Part shown: one piece after another, positions 7,916 to 16,116 of the stretch
How the letters are laid out: the number at the start of each line of letters is the position of its first letter
Numbering within the stretch: position 1 is the stretch's first letter
Origin: a virus
Taxonomy: Duplodnaviria > Caudoviricetes
DNA length: 53,965 nucleotides
Strand: one strand, 5' to 3'
IMG/VR virus record: IMGVR_UViG_3300017726_000004
Location: 1 to 53,965 of that record
The notes under the pieces: model-generated
What the model saw: the letters and a program-made list of their open reading frames with translations, nothing else
Told to the model about the DNA's origin: nothing
The model's database searches: none
Translations under genes and position numbers: made by a program

Positions 7916-8723
7916 ATTATCAGAATGGTTGTTAAATGAAACTTATGCCGAAGGTGGTGCTAAGTTTGAAGTTGAACTTTTTGGTCCTGAACATGGTAAA
8001 TTAGGATCCCATGCAACTGATGGTTATGCAATTCACCCCGAACGAGGTCATGCTGGTGTTGAAGCGGGTTTACCGACTAAAGATTATCACCAGTTTAATT
8101 TTTCCTACGATCATAAAAATCAGGTTTGGTCCGCTGCCGCAAACAATGTCACCCTTCACAATTATTTGCAGGACGTTGAAATTTCTGGTTCTCGTCGAAA
8201 AGGACTTGCCTCCCACATGGAGGACATGTATGGACACGGACACCAACCGTCACAAAGAACTCGAATCAAATCGAACGGACAACCAGAGACAGTGAATGTT
8301 CAAGCAGGAGCAAACGCATACAACAAAATGGGATCACTTCATATTGACCATGTTGACGTTGATATGATTAACAAGTCATATCGTGAAGTTGGAAAACATT
8401 ACGTTAAGATTAAAGGACACGGGTTGTTTCACACAGGTGCGAATCCACTGAAACTCCCTGTTCAGAAGTTTGGACTTGTCAAAGATCCAAAACGAGGCTT
8501 CTCTCTGCAAACAAGAGATAAAAAAGGAAGATCATCTGGTAAACTTACATTACCAATTAAGTCTGACTTAAAAGTTGATCCACGAACAAAAGATATCGAA
8601 GGTGTTAGAGAAGTTCTGGCAAGTGCTGGGGCTAAGTTTGGTAGAACACCAATGGGAACACAAAGCAGTCACATGCAAGATTTAGGCTATGAGGGTGACT
8701 CAAGCCACATTCAAGTATTCTAA
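7908..8723 (+). CDS. hypothetical protein, possible head-packaged nuclease-like protein
   Basis: CATAAATA at 7882; N-terminus MLKLSEWLLNE; weak G.KFE..D..E pattern. Confidence 0.65.
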   Translation: MLKLSEWLLNETYAEGGAKFEVELFGPEHGKLGSHATDGYAIHPERGHAGVEAGLPTKDYHQFNFSYDHKNQVWSAAANNVTLHNYLQDVEISGSRRKGLASHMEDMYGHGHQPSQRTRIKSNGQPETVNVQAGANAYNKMGSLHIDHVDVDMINKSYREVGKHYVKIKGHGLFHTGANPLKLPVQKFGLVKDPKRGFSLQTRDKKGRSSGKLTLPIKSDLKVDPRTKDIEGVREVLASAGAKFGRTPMGTQSSHMQDLGYEGDSSHIQVF

Positions 8724-8739
8724 TTGAAAGGTTTTTATT

Positions 8740-9039
8740 ATGTCATTAAAATTATTTAATCTTATCTCCGGTCAGGAGTGTCTTGCCGATATTAAAGAGG
8801 AAACCAAAACCTCCTATATCTGTAAATCTATTCTTCAGTTGATTCCAGATCCACAACAAGGTGGAGTTGCAATGATTCAATACCCTATGTTTAAAGAGGG
8901 TTCTGGAACGACAGAAATTCAAAAAGATAAACTTATTTGTGTAAGTGAACCTTTACAAGAGTTGATTAATCAGTATAATCAACAAACAGGAACGGGTATC
9001 GTGACCCCTCCAAAACAAGGTTTAACTTTAACAAAGTAA
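8740..9039 (+). CDS. T4-like small beta protein (Sm-like fold suspected)
   Basis: KL..L.SG.E..A...P..EL..QY....G.GIVTP pattern. Confidence 0.7.
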   Translation: MSLKLFNLISGQECLADIKEETKTSYICKSILQLIPDPQQGGVAMIQYPMFKEGSGTTEIQKDKLICVSEPLQELINQYNQQTGTGIVTPPKQGLTLTK

Positions 9040-9043
9040 TATT

Positions 9044-9181
9044 ATGGCACAATCATCACAACATCAAACCCACGTTCAAGGTCTCCTGAAAAATGGTAAG
9101 ACTAAGAATCGCAAAAACAACGCAAAATCAAGTCGTTCCAGAACGTCACGTTCCGGTAATGGTGCGAGAGTGAAGTATTAA
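9044..9181 (+). CDS. small basic protein (45 aa)
   Basis: MAQSSQHQTHVQGLLKNGKTKNRK...; fills the gap before the tRNAs. Confidence 0.5.
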   Translation: MAQSSQHQTHVQGLLKNGKTKNRKNNAKSSRSRTSRSGNGARVKY

Positions 9182-9187
9182 TCTTCT

Positions 9188-9261
9188 GCTCTCGTAGCAT
9201 AATTGGACAATGCAACTGACTTCTAATCAGTAGATTGCAGGTTCGAGTCCTGCCGAGAGCG
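9188..9261 (+). tRNA. tRNA-Arg (anticodon TCT)
   Basis: Acceptor GCTCTCG/CGAGAGC; anticodon arm ACTGA-CTTCTAA-TCAGT. Confidence 0.95.
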
Positions 9262-9278
9262 TTCCTTCGGAGGGTAGA

Positions 9279-9351
9279 TCCCCAATAGTTCAGTTGGTAG
9301 AACAATCGGCTGTTAACCGATATGTCGCAGGTTCGAGTCCTGCTTGGGGAG
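9279..9351 (+). tRNA. tRNA-Asn (anticodon GTT)
   Basis: Acceptor TCCCCAA/TTGGGGA; anticodon arm ATCGG-CTGTTAA-CCGAT. Confidence 0.95.
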
Positions 9352-9449
9352 TTGTCGCAAAAGATATACACAGGTATTGTTTTCCGACATTAAAATAAAA
9401 AATACATAATTGTGCTTAACTGGCATAAAAGTGGCACAAGGAGAAACAC

Positions 9450-9644
9450 ATGAGTTATAACGTCGGACAACAAGTTTACTGCAAAGAATCAAATAGACAA
9501 GCAACAGTCGTTTCAATCAGCGAAGAGACTGTTACGATTAAGTATCAAACATCTGGTGAGATTGTAGAGGTTACTGAAGGGCAAATTTCACAGTTGCTTC
9601 TCGGTCATAACGACTATTCAAACCAAACCTTTATTCAAGACTAA
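9450..9644 (+). CDS. small SH3/KOW-like beta protein
   Basis: AGGAG SD; YNVGQQV...ATVV...VTIKY pattern. Confidence 0.65.
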   Translation: MSYNVGQQVYCKESNRQATVVSISEETVTIKYQTSGEIVEVTEGQISQLLLGHNDYSNQTFIQD

Positions 9645-9647
9645 TCA

Positions 9648-9720
9648 GGTCCCATAGCCCAATGGCAGAGGCAGTGGACTTAAAATCCATCCAGTCCGGG
9701 TTCGAGTCCCGGTGGGACTA
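9648..9720 (+). tRNA. tRNA-Leu (anticodon TAA), short variable loop
   Basis: Acceptor GGTCCCA/TGGGACT; anticodon arm GTGGA-CTTAAAA-TCCAT; discriminator A. Confidence 0.9.
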
Positions 9721-9721
9721 T

Positions 9722-9729
9722 TATAAATA
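9722..9729 (+). promoter_or_regulatory. T4-type late promoter
   Basis: Exact TATAAATA, 5 nt before the ATG at 9735. Confidence 0.8.
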
Positions 9730-9734
9730 CGGGT

Positions 9735-10193
9735 ATGAAGAGATTCCTTGAATTCATATCCGAAGACTGGTCTGTAGCATCGACCAAAGATCAAATGTAT
9801 TCCCCAGTCGGTAAATATGTTTTTCATGTCACGACCCCTGAGCGTGCCGAAAAGATCAAGAAAACAGGGTTAAAACCAACAAAAAAAACTATGGGTAAGT
9901 TCAATGTTAGACTCCCCCAAAAACCCTCTGCATTTGTTACAGGCAGCGAGGGAGTGCAGTATTGGACTAACGCAGTTGCGAATGCCCTTGCTGGAAAAGG
10001 GGCGCAGTTTGGCACTGATGAGCGTGATATAGAGATTCTTAAGTTCCCCGTGGCAAACATTCCTAAAAATGATCGTCGGAAAATACTGAAAGATATTGTG
10101 GGGACTAGAGATGCGACTGGATCATCAAAACGGGAAAAAGCAGCATACAGAATAACCAAAACTCTTGGTGGTAAGAAAAGGAGAGATAAGTAA
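9735..10193 (+). CDS. ADP-ribosyltransferase-fold (Tpt1/ART-like) protein with a capsid-targeting-like N-terminus
   Basis: YVFHVT...I.K.GL.P...SAFVT motif; N-terminus MKRFLEFISE. Confidence 0.6.
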   Translation: MKRFLEFISEDWSVASTKDQMYSPVGKYVFHVTTPERAEKIKKTGLKPTKKTMGKFNVRLPQKPSAFVTGSEGVQYWTNAVANALAGKGAQFGTDERDIEILKFPVANIPKNDRRKILKDIVGTRDATGSSKREKAAYRITKTLGGKKRRDK

Positions 10194-10582
10194 TGGCAGA
10201 TTTTAATCACGATATTCCAGAAGAATATCTAGGTGACAGTTTTGATTTTGGATTCACCGCAGCGGACGATGGTGATCTGAACGAACTTCTTGAACTTGAT
10301 GCCTCTAAAACAACCCCCGATGAGATCGCAGCAATCAAGAGCCAACTCGATTTGATTCTTGAAATGAACTCGACTTGCGAGGGTGCAAACCAAGTCAAAG
10401 CACAGTATGACGAACTGCTCAAAGCAAAACTTCTTGAGATCGAGCGTGCCGTTGTTCCTTTGCTTCTGAACCTGAAGAAAAACAAAGCCAAAGACTACAT
10501 ACACTGGCCTGGCAAACAACGGGAAGCCCAGTGTGATCTTCAGATTCAAAAAGTTCTAGGGATGACGAGAAGCGGATTATGA
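10193..10582 (+). CDS. T4-like hypothetical protein
   Basis: FDFGFTA and PLL.NLKKN..KDYI.WP motifs. Confidence 0.75.
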   Translation: MADFNHDIPEEYLGDSFDFGFTAADDGDLNELLELDASKTTPDEIAAIKSQLDLILEMNSTCEGANQVKAQYDELLKAKLLEIERAVVPLLLNLKKNKAKDYIHWPGKQREAQCDLQIQKVLGMTRSGL

Positions 10583-12105
10583 ATTTTAGAGATTTCTTAC
10601 TTGCGGAAGAAAAGAACGACACTGCCGTGATGACATTCGGTAGGTTCCAGCCTATCACATCGGCACATGAAACTCTTATCAAACAAGTTGGAAGTCTGGC
10701 AAAAGAGAAAGGGGCACATCCCTTTGTTTTTACGAGTCGAAAGACTGGTGACAAAAAGAATCCTTTGGATTTCAACACAAAGTCCGGCATGCTCCGAAAG
10801 CACTATGGAGTCAACGTTCCCGACTCGGAAGAAATTAAAAATCCATTTCAAGCGGCACAACATTTAGGCAAACTCGGATACAAAAATGTTCACTTGGTGC
10901 TTGGTGGTGATCGTGTCAAAGACATCGGTGGCATGATAAAGAAATACATGGGACACGAGGATCCAGAGAAAAGAATCAACATCTCAAACCTGACTTTGCA
11001 CTCCGCAGGTGAGCGTGATGCAAACCCAGTCTCAGGCACCGCTGTAAGAGCAGCAGCACGCTCAGGCAACGTCAAGGAGTTTCAGCGAATGATTGCACCC
11101 TCTCTCGGTAAGGAGTCCACAGAGACGATCTACAGGGTGCTACGGGGAGAGCAGCAATTAGGTGAATCACTGGACAACCCATTCCCCACGACATATACGA
11201 AAGATAGGTCGTATGACCAAATAAATCACCACTATGCTTTTGAAATGCCACCAGAGGGTAAGCAAAAAAAGAGTAAGACGGGCAAAGTAATGATTTCTCC
11301 GACATTCAGGGGACGAGGACATTACGATGTAGAATTTGATGTGGATGATCAAGACACTCCGACTGGGGCAGGAAACACAGCAAAAATTTTCTCAACGGTT
11401 GCAAGTTCTCTTGATCAACACTTGAAAAAATACCCAAAAACAAAGGGGTTTGAGGCTATCATACCAGCGGGTATGGAATATAAAACAACTGATACAGGTG
11501 AATACGTTCCTTCTGGACGATCAAAACTTTACACAAGACTTGCAAACCGATTGGGCAAAAAATATGGATTTGATGTTAAAGTTGATGACGACGGAGGGGG
11601 ATTCAGTGGGACAAGAAAAAAAGCCCCCAAATTGGCTGAAGAGGTAAAAGTGAAGTATCCAAACAGAACAGGACCAAGAACTGGTCTTGGCTCGGTCAAG
11701 TTTGTAGGATTTACAGATTACAAAACTGGTAAACACAGAATTAAACCAGTGTTTGCACATGAACCATTACCCGATCACATTCAAATATCACTTGGATTAA
11801 AACCAAGACCAACAAACGAGGAAGCAAACCCAAGAATCCCACGGAAAAAAGGTCAACCCGCAAAATCCAAAAAGCACTCTGATCTCTACACCGACGAGGA
11901 TCCAAAAGGCACAATCCACGGTCTTGGCTTTAAGAATGCCTCAGTTGCAAAAGCATCCGTGAAAAAGATCGAGTCGTCGGACAGATCACATGCACATAAA
12001 ATACAAGCCGCTGTTGCGATGGAGCAGCGAGCAAGAGTAGCAAATAAAGATGCTGCTGCTGCAATTTACAGAAGATATATTGACAGAAACAAAAAATCAG
12101 ACTAA
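10579..12105 (+). CDS. phage cytidylyltransferase-like (HxGH nucleotidyltransferase) multidomain protein
   Basis: TFGRFQPITSAH, KKNPL, GGDRV, SGT.VR motifs; two extra C-terminal modules. Confidence 0.85.
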   Translation: MNFRDFLLAEEKNDTAVMTFGRFQPITSAHETLIKQVGSLAKEKGAHPFVFTSRKTGDKKNPLDFNTKSGMLRKHYGVNVPDSEEIKNPFQAAQHLGKLGYKNVHLVLGGDRVKDIGGMIKKYMGHEDPEKRINISNLTLHSAGERDANPVSGTAVRAAARSGNVKEFQRMIAPSLGKESTETIYRVLRGEQQLGESLDNPFPTTYTKDRSYDQINHHYAFEMPPEGKQKKSKTGKVMISPTFRGRGHYDVEFDVDDQDTPTGAGNTAKIFSTVASSLDQHLKKYPKTKGFEAIIPAGMEYKTTDTGEYVPSGRSKLYTRLANRLGKKYGFDVKVDDDGGGFSGTRKKAPKLAEEVKVKYPNRTGPRTGLGSVKFVGFTDYKTGKHRIKPVFAHEPLPDHIQISLGLKPRPTNEEANPRIPRKKGQPAKSKKHSDLYTDEDPKGTIHGLGFKNASVAKASVKKIESSDRSHAHKIQAAVAMEQRARVANKDAAAAIYRRYIDRNKKSD

Positions 12106-12108
12106 ACT
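12080..12108 (+). promoter_or_regulatory. sigma70-type promoter of the polyamine cassette
   Basis: TTGACA-17-TAAACT; ATG 6 nt downstream. Confidence 0.65.
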
Positions 12109-12114
12109 ACTACC

Positions 12115-12444
12115 ATGAATGGAAAGCATCTTTTAGTTAACGGTAAAAATGTGACTGCGGACGTTGATGACGAATCTTTGTGGAGAGAAGTCTTCGACAA
12201 AACTGTTGACATAACCAAGACAACCAAAATGCGTGACTTTGATCTTGTCAAGTTTCCAGAGAAAGGTGTGACGGCTTTTCTTGTTCTTGGTGAGTCTCAC
12301 ATTTCTGTTCACACATACCCCGAAGATAACGCTTACTACTTCGATGTTTTTTCATGCAAAGATTTTAATGTGACGAGGGTTGTTCGGATTCTTTTGGACA
12401 TCCTTGGAACTCACGACATGGAGTATGAGTTTTTACAGCGATGA
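12115..12444 (+). CDS. speD: S-adenosylmethionine decarboxylase proenzyme
   Basis: GVT...L.ESHISVHTYPE....FDVFSC with the E|S self-cleavage site. Confidence 0.85.
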   Translation: MNGKHLLVNGKNVTADVDDESLWREVFDKTVDITKTTKMRDFDLVKFPEKGVTAFLVLGESHISVHTYPEDNAYYFDVFSCKDFNVTRVVRILLDILGTHDMEYEFLQR

Positions 12445-12824
12445 ACTATGTGAGTAAGAAACAGTTTTCGGGACAGGAAATGTGGGGACTTTCCACTTGC
12501 GTTGATCTATACAATTGCAATTACCGAATTAAGCACGCTGACGAGATCGAGCGATACGTTGTAGAACTCTGTGACTTGATCGACATGAAAAGATTTGGTC
12601 CATGTAATGTCGTTCACTTTGGAGAGGATCCAAAGGTGGAGGGATTCTCCATGACGCAGTTGATCGAAACGTCTTTGATTTCCGGTCACTTTGCAAACAA
12701 AACATGGACCGCATATTTGGATATCTTTAGTTGCAAGTGGTATGACCAAAGAGTGGTCGAGGCATTTAGCAGAGAATTTTTTGGATCAAACAAATCTGAA
12801 TGTAAGGTGAATATTCGACAATGA
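12441..12824 (+). CDS. second, divergent AdoMetDC-family pyruvoyl decarboxylase
   Basis: G.S..QLIETSLISGHF......YLDIFSCK. Confidence 0.8.
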   Translation: MNYVSKKQFSGQEMWGLSTCVDLYNCNYRIKHADEIERYVVELCDLIDMKRFGPCNVVHFGEDPKVEGFSMTQLIETSLISGHFANKTWTAYLDIFSCKWYDQRVVEAFSREFFGSNKSECKVNIRQ

Positions 12825-13666
12825 AAATTACAGATAGTTGGGATGAAGCACTTGGACGAACAATTTCAATTGACGGTAAGTTAATCAAAGAGGTTCAGTC
12901 CGAATACCAAAACATTAAAGTTTATGACACACTGTCGTTTGGTAAACTTTTGCAACTCGATGGTGTGATTCAACTCACCGAGTTTGATGAAGCAAACTAC
13001 CATGAGATGTTTGCACATGTTCCTCTGACATCACATGAAAACCCAGAGCGTGTTCTGGTGATCGGTGGTGGTGATGGTGGCATTGTTCGTGAGGTAGTAA
13101 AGCACAAGCATGTCAAGAAGATTGACTTGGTTGAGATTGATGAAGAGGTTATTAAAATCTCCGAGGAACATTTTCCAAACATCTCATGTGGTCTACAAGA
13201 TCCTAGAGTGACTATTCATTTTGATGATGGTTCGTCTTACATTAAGGACTTGGAGTTTCAGTATGATGTTATTATCATTGATTCTACCGATCCGATTAGT
13301 GTGGGTGAGTCTTTGTTCACAGAAGAATTTTATAAGGATCTTACCCAAGCAATTCGTAAACACGGGATGATTGTGTCTCAGTCCGAAAGTATGTTTTACA
13401 ACGCATCTATGATTTCTAACTTGAAAGAAGTTAAGACTAAATACTTTGGATCTGTTAAGTATTATTACACTATGGTTCCGACATATCCTTCGGGAACAAT
13501 CGGTTTTCAAATTTGCTCTGATGGTCATTATAGCCCACACCACCCAAATGAAAATTATCGACACGGAACTTTAGGATATGATTTGGGTGATCTCAAGTAT
13601 TACAATGCTGGGATTCACATTGGAAGTTTTCTTTTACCGAATGAGGTTAAACAATGGCACAAATGA
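12821..13666 (+). CDS. speE: spermidine synthase (polyamine aminopropyltransferase)
   Basis: S.YQ.I, LDG.IQ, YHEM, VLVIGGGDGG..RE, VEID, DSTDP, PTYPSG. Confidence 0.95.
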   Translation: MKITDSWDEALGRTISIDGKLIKEVQSEYQNIKVYDTLSFGKLLQLDGVIQLTEFDEANYHEMFAHVPLTSHENPERVLVIGGGDGGIVREVVKHKHVKKIDLVEIDEEVIKISEEHFPNISCGLQDPRVTIHFDDGSSYIKDLEFQYDVIIIDSTDPISVGESLFTEEFYKDLTQAIRKHGMIVSQSESMFYNASMISNLKEVKTKYFGSVKYYYTMVPTYPSGTIGFQICSDGHYSPHHPNENYRHGTLGYDLGDLKYYNAGIHIGSFLLPNEVKQWHK

Positions 13667-14292
13667 TTGCAAACATACCCAACCAAAAAGTCTGGGTTCG
13701 CAAAGAGTATCTTCAAGATGGACAGAGCGGACACGGTGAATTTGTTGAGGGACACTGGGTCACGGCAAAGAGTTTGCCTGGCAGAGCATTTTATTTTGAA
13801 ACTTATTTACCAGAGTATGGTGCATTGTATGACAAACTGCCCATCTCTGCCTTTGTTTCTGATCCAGAGAAACCTAAACTGGATCTTGAACTTCCGGACT
13901 TACAATTCTGGAACTGTATGGACTATGGTGTGACTGCCATTTATAAGCAGTTTATCGGTAGCATGGATTTTGAAATCTTCACACGATCACATAAGATCGT
14001 GAAAGGCACATATCTCTTTACGCTCGATAATTACCACATTCATGCAGACGAGATTGACTTCAGCACTGCTGAGATTCCTTCAGAGCATAAGTCATTTAAC
14101 TGTCTTGAACTTGAAAACGGTCAGTTTGCCTTATACCCAAACAACCGAATGAGAGTGTATGACAACTCTCTTACTCCCAAGAATCCGAAACAACCTGACT
14201 TCAAGGTCAGTACGGAATATTATCAAGTTGAAAATGGCTTTGAATATCGTTTAGGTGATACTGATGAATATTTTTGGAAAACAAAGGATTAA
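13654..14292 (+). CDS. T4-like phage hypothetical protein
   Basis: ANIP...VRKEYL.D...GHGEF, GRAFYFE, YDKLPISAF, PNNR motifs. Confidence 0.8.
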   Translation: MAQMIANIPNQKVWVRKEYLQDGQSGHGEFVEGHWVTAKSLPGRAFYFETYLPEYGALYDKLPISAFVSDPEKPKLDLELPDLQFWNCMDYGVTAIYKQFIGSMDFEIFTRSHKIVKGTYLFTLDNYHIHADEIDFSTAEIPSEHKSFNCLELENGQFALYPNNRMRVYDNSLTPKNPKQPDFKVSTEYYQVENGFEYRLGDTDEYFWKTKD

Positions 14293-14295
14293 TTT

Positions 14296-14598
14296 ATGAA
14301 AGTTAAAAACACAAATGCCCATCGTGCGGCAGACAGAGAATACTTTTTTGCCACCCATGTCAAGTCTGAAGCGGGTGTCGGTGAAGATGATGTCGTGATG
14401 CTTTTGCTCACGGACAAGGAACTCGAACGGGCCGCAAAGCGTGCCGATAAAAACAAAGAGGACCTGCCGAAATACTTTGCCATCGTTCAAGGCTCGACTG
14501 AGCCAATTGTTAAAGAAAAGCCAGTTTGTCTTGATGACACATATGTAGCGAAACCAGTGGAATCTAAAGGATTCTTTGGTTGGTTGATGGGAGATTGA
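14296..14598 (+). CDS. hypothetical protein
   Basis: ORF track; SD present. Confidence 0.7.
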   Translation: MKVKNTNAHRAADREYFFATHVKSEAGVGEDDVVMLLLTDKELERAAKRADKNKEDLPKYFAIVQGSTEPIVKEKPVCLDDTYVAKPVESKGFFGWLMGD

Positions 14599-14601
14599 AT
14601 C

Positions 14602-14629
14602 TTGACATAGACTCAAATTCTGCTATAAT
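14602..14629 (+). promoter_or_regulatory. sigma70-type early promoter
   Basis: TTGACA-16-TATAAT; ATG 6 nt downstream. Confidence 0.85.
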
Positions 14630-14635
14630 ATCCGT

Positions 14636-14821
14636 ATGGCAAAACGAGTCTTAGACCAATTTGATCTGGAGGCAGAACGTGAGGGTTCTGCTGTAAAACG
14701 TCACACAATCATTCGCTCCGCTTGGGGTAAGGGAACCATGAAGTCTCGTCGGGGACGGAAGGATGCCGAAACTGCTATTGAGCGAAAGACCGTAAAAGGA
14801 CATTATCATAGGAGTGTCTAG
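14636..14821 (+). CDS. small basic hypothetical protein
   Basis: ORF track. Confidence 0.65.
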   Translation: MAKRVLDQFDLEAEREGSAVKRHTIIRSAWGKGTMKSRRGRKDAETAIERKTVKGHYHRSV

Positions 14822-15189
14822 TGCAAACATCTGCTGTCAAACATGGGATCTACAACATCCATAAACAATTACATTATCGTGAACTCTCCGAGTCTGCGGT
14901 TGGTTGGTTTTTAGATAAACACAGGTTATCTGATACTTGTGTTCTTGTTAATCTTCAAACCTCTAAGCAACTTGATTGTTGGGGAACTTGTCACGAAGGT
15001 GACAATGATGATTATATTGTCAACGTTGCCACGGATCAAAGCATCCGTGACTTCCTTGCAACTCTGATGCACGAACTTGTTCATGTTCTCCAGTGGGAGC
15101 GTGGAACTTGGGAGGGTGACGGAGAGGAAGAGGCAGAGAAGAAACAATACAAACTCACAGACAAATTTTGGAAGGAGGGGTTGTTATGA
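14821..15189 (+). CDS. HExxH zinc metallopeptidase-like protein
   Basis: TLMHELVHVLQW...E.EA. Confidence 0.75.
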   Translation: MQTSAVKHGIYNIHKQLHYRELSESAVGWFLDKHRLSDTCVLVNLQTSKQLDCWGTCHEGDNDDYIVNVATDQSIRDFLATLMHELVHVLQWERGTWEGDGEEEAEKKQYKLTDKFWKEGLL

Positions 15190-15284
15190 TGGGAATGTTA
15201 CTTTTTGCATTGGGTGGATTTACATTTGGTCTGATCTTTGGTGTATGTCTTGGATCGGGATTCATTGATACTTACTGGAGATAA
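15186..15284 (+). CDS. tiny hydrophobic peptide (32 aa)
   Basis: GGAGG SD; MMGMLLFALGGFTFGLIFGVCLG... Confidence 0.45.
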   Translation: MMGMLLFALGGFTFGLIFGVCLGSGFIDTYWR

Positions 15285-15285
15285 G

Positions 15286-15495
15286 ATGAATTGTATTGAT
15301 TGTGGTGAAAAAATTTCCGAGATTCGACTTGAAGCGAATCCCGATACAGACTATTGTGTGAAGTGTGTTGACAAACACATCCCCAAAGTCCGTGGTTATA
15401 TGATCTATGGTCATAAGACTGCGGGTGAAATTGTTATTGCGAAGGGTAAAGAAAATATCCGTCGCTTGGAAAGAGAATATCATAGGAGTCGATAA
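15286..15495 (+). CDS. TraR/DksA-type C4 zinc-finger protein
   Basis: C..CGE.I...RLEA.P.T..CV.C. Confidence 0.8.
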   Translation: MNCIDCGEKISEIRLEANPDTDYCVKCVDKHIPKVRGYMIYGHKTAGEIVIAKGKENIRRLEREYHRSR

Positions 15496-15656
15496 TGGCA
15501 AACAGCAAACAATCAGCCGTGAAAGCGAAGCATCGCAAACGAAAGAACCGAAAGCGTGAACTTCGTATCGAAGAACTGCGAAACGCAAAGAGGAAAACTC
15601 TTCGTCAAATGAGGAACGAAGGTGGACTTCCAACAATTTTGGAGGAGTTGATCTGA
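15495..15656 (+). CDS. small highly basic protein (53 aa)
   Basis: AGGAG SD; TAATG and TGATG overlaps. Confidence 0.6.
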   Translation: MANSKQSAVKAKHRKRKNRKRELRIEELRNAKRKTLRQMRNEGGLPTILEELI

Positions 15657-15871
15657 TGTATGGGCTTTGGCATAACGAATTGAATAAATGGATGATTGAC
15701 AGATTCAATCACGAAACACAGGAAGAAGATGTTGTTCTTTTCAAATCAAAAAAAGAAGCACTCGAAGAAGCCGATATTATCAATCGTGAGTGGTCAAAGC
15801 GAAACGGAAAGATGACAATGAAAAAAACCGAGGAAGTAAAAGTCAAGCAGTACCGAAAGACAAAGAAGTGA
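15656..15871 (+). CDS. hypothetical protein
   Basis: ORF track; GGAGG SD. Confidence 0.65.
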   Translation: MYGLWHNELNKWMIDRFNHETQEEDVVLFKSKKEALEEADIINREWSKRNGKMTMKKTEEVKVKQYRKTKK

Positions 15872-16104
15872 GTCAATACCGATTACACATTGATATTCCA
15901 CTTGGCACGAACGAGGAAGAAGCAAGGAAGATTGCTCGCAACTTTGTTCAGTCTCACCTTGACTTCTCAAGCACTTCCAGCGATGGTGTCAAAGAAGTAA
16001 ATTACCGACTCGGACACGATGAGGATCGACAACGATCAAACTATCTTGACATCAACGAGAACGGTCATTGTAGTAATAAAAAACTTCGCATTAACTATGT
16101 TTAA
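15868..16104 (+). CDS. hypothetical protein
   Basis: GTG start overlapping the upstream stop. Confidence 0.6.
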   Translation: MSQYRLHIDIPLGTNEEEARKIARNFVQSHLDFSSTSSDGVKEVNYRLGHDEDRQRSNYLDINENGHCSNKKLRINYV

Positions 16105-16116
16105 GTTTGGAATGAC

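Noticed and set aside
7194-8723. Restriction-modification or defence system
   Set aside because: Nuclease-like ORFs are present but there is no methyltransferase or partner gene nearby, and the motif evidence for 7908 is weak
7521-9827. ORF-track entries overlapping tRNAs (e.g. 7521-7826, 7573-7770, 9102-9371, 9645-9827) and other short antisense or nested ORFs
   Set aside because: Shadow frames of tRNAs or real genes, with no SD or recognisable motifs
14804-15490. Repeated TATCATAGGAGT at two gene ends, resembling the reverse complement of the GGGACTCCT array
   Set aside because: Both are explained as Shine-Dalgarno sites for the next gene
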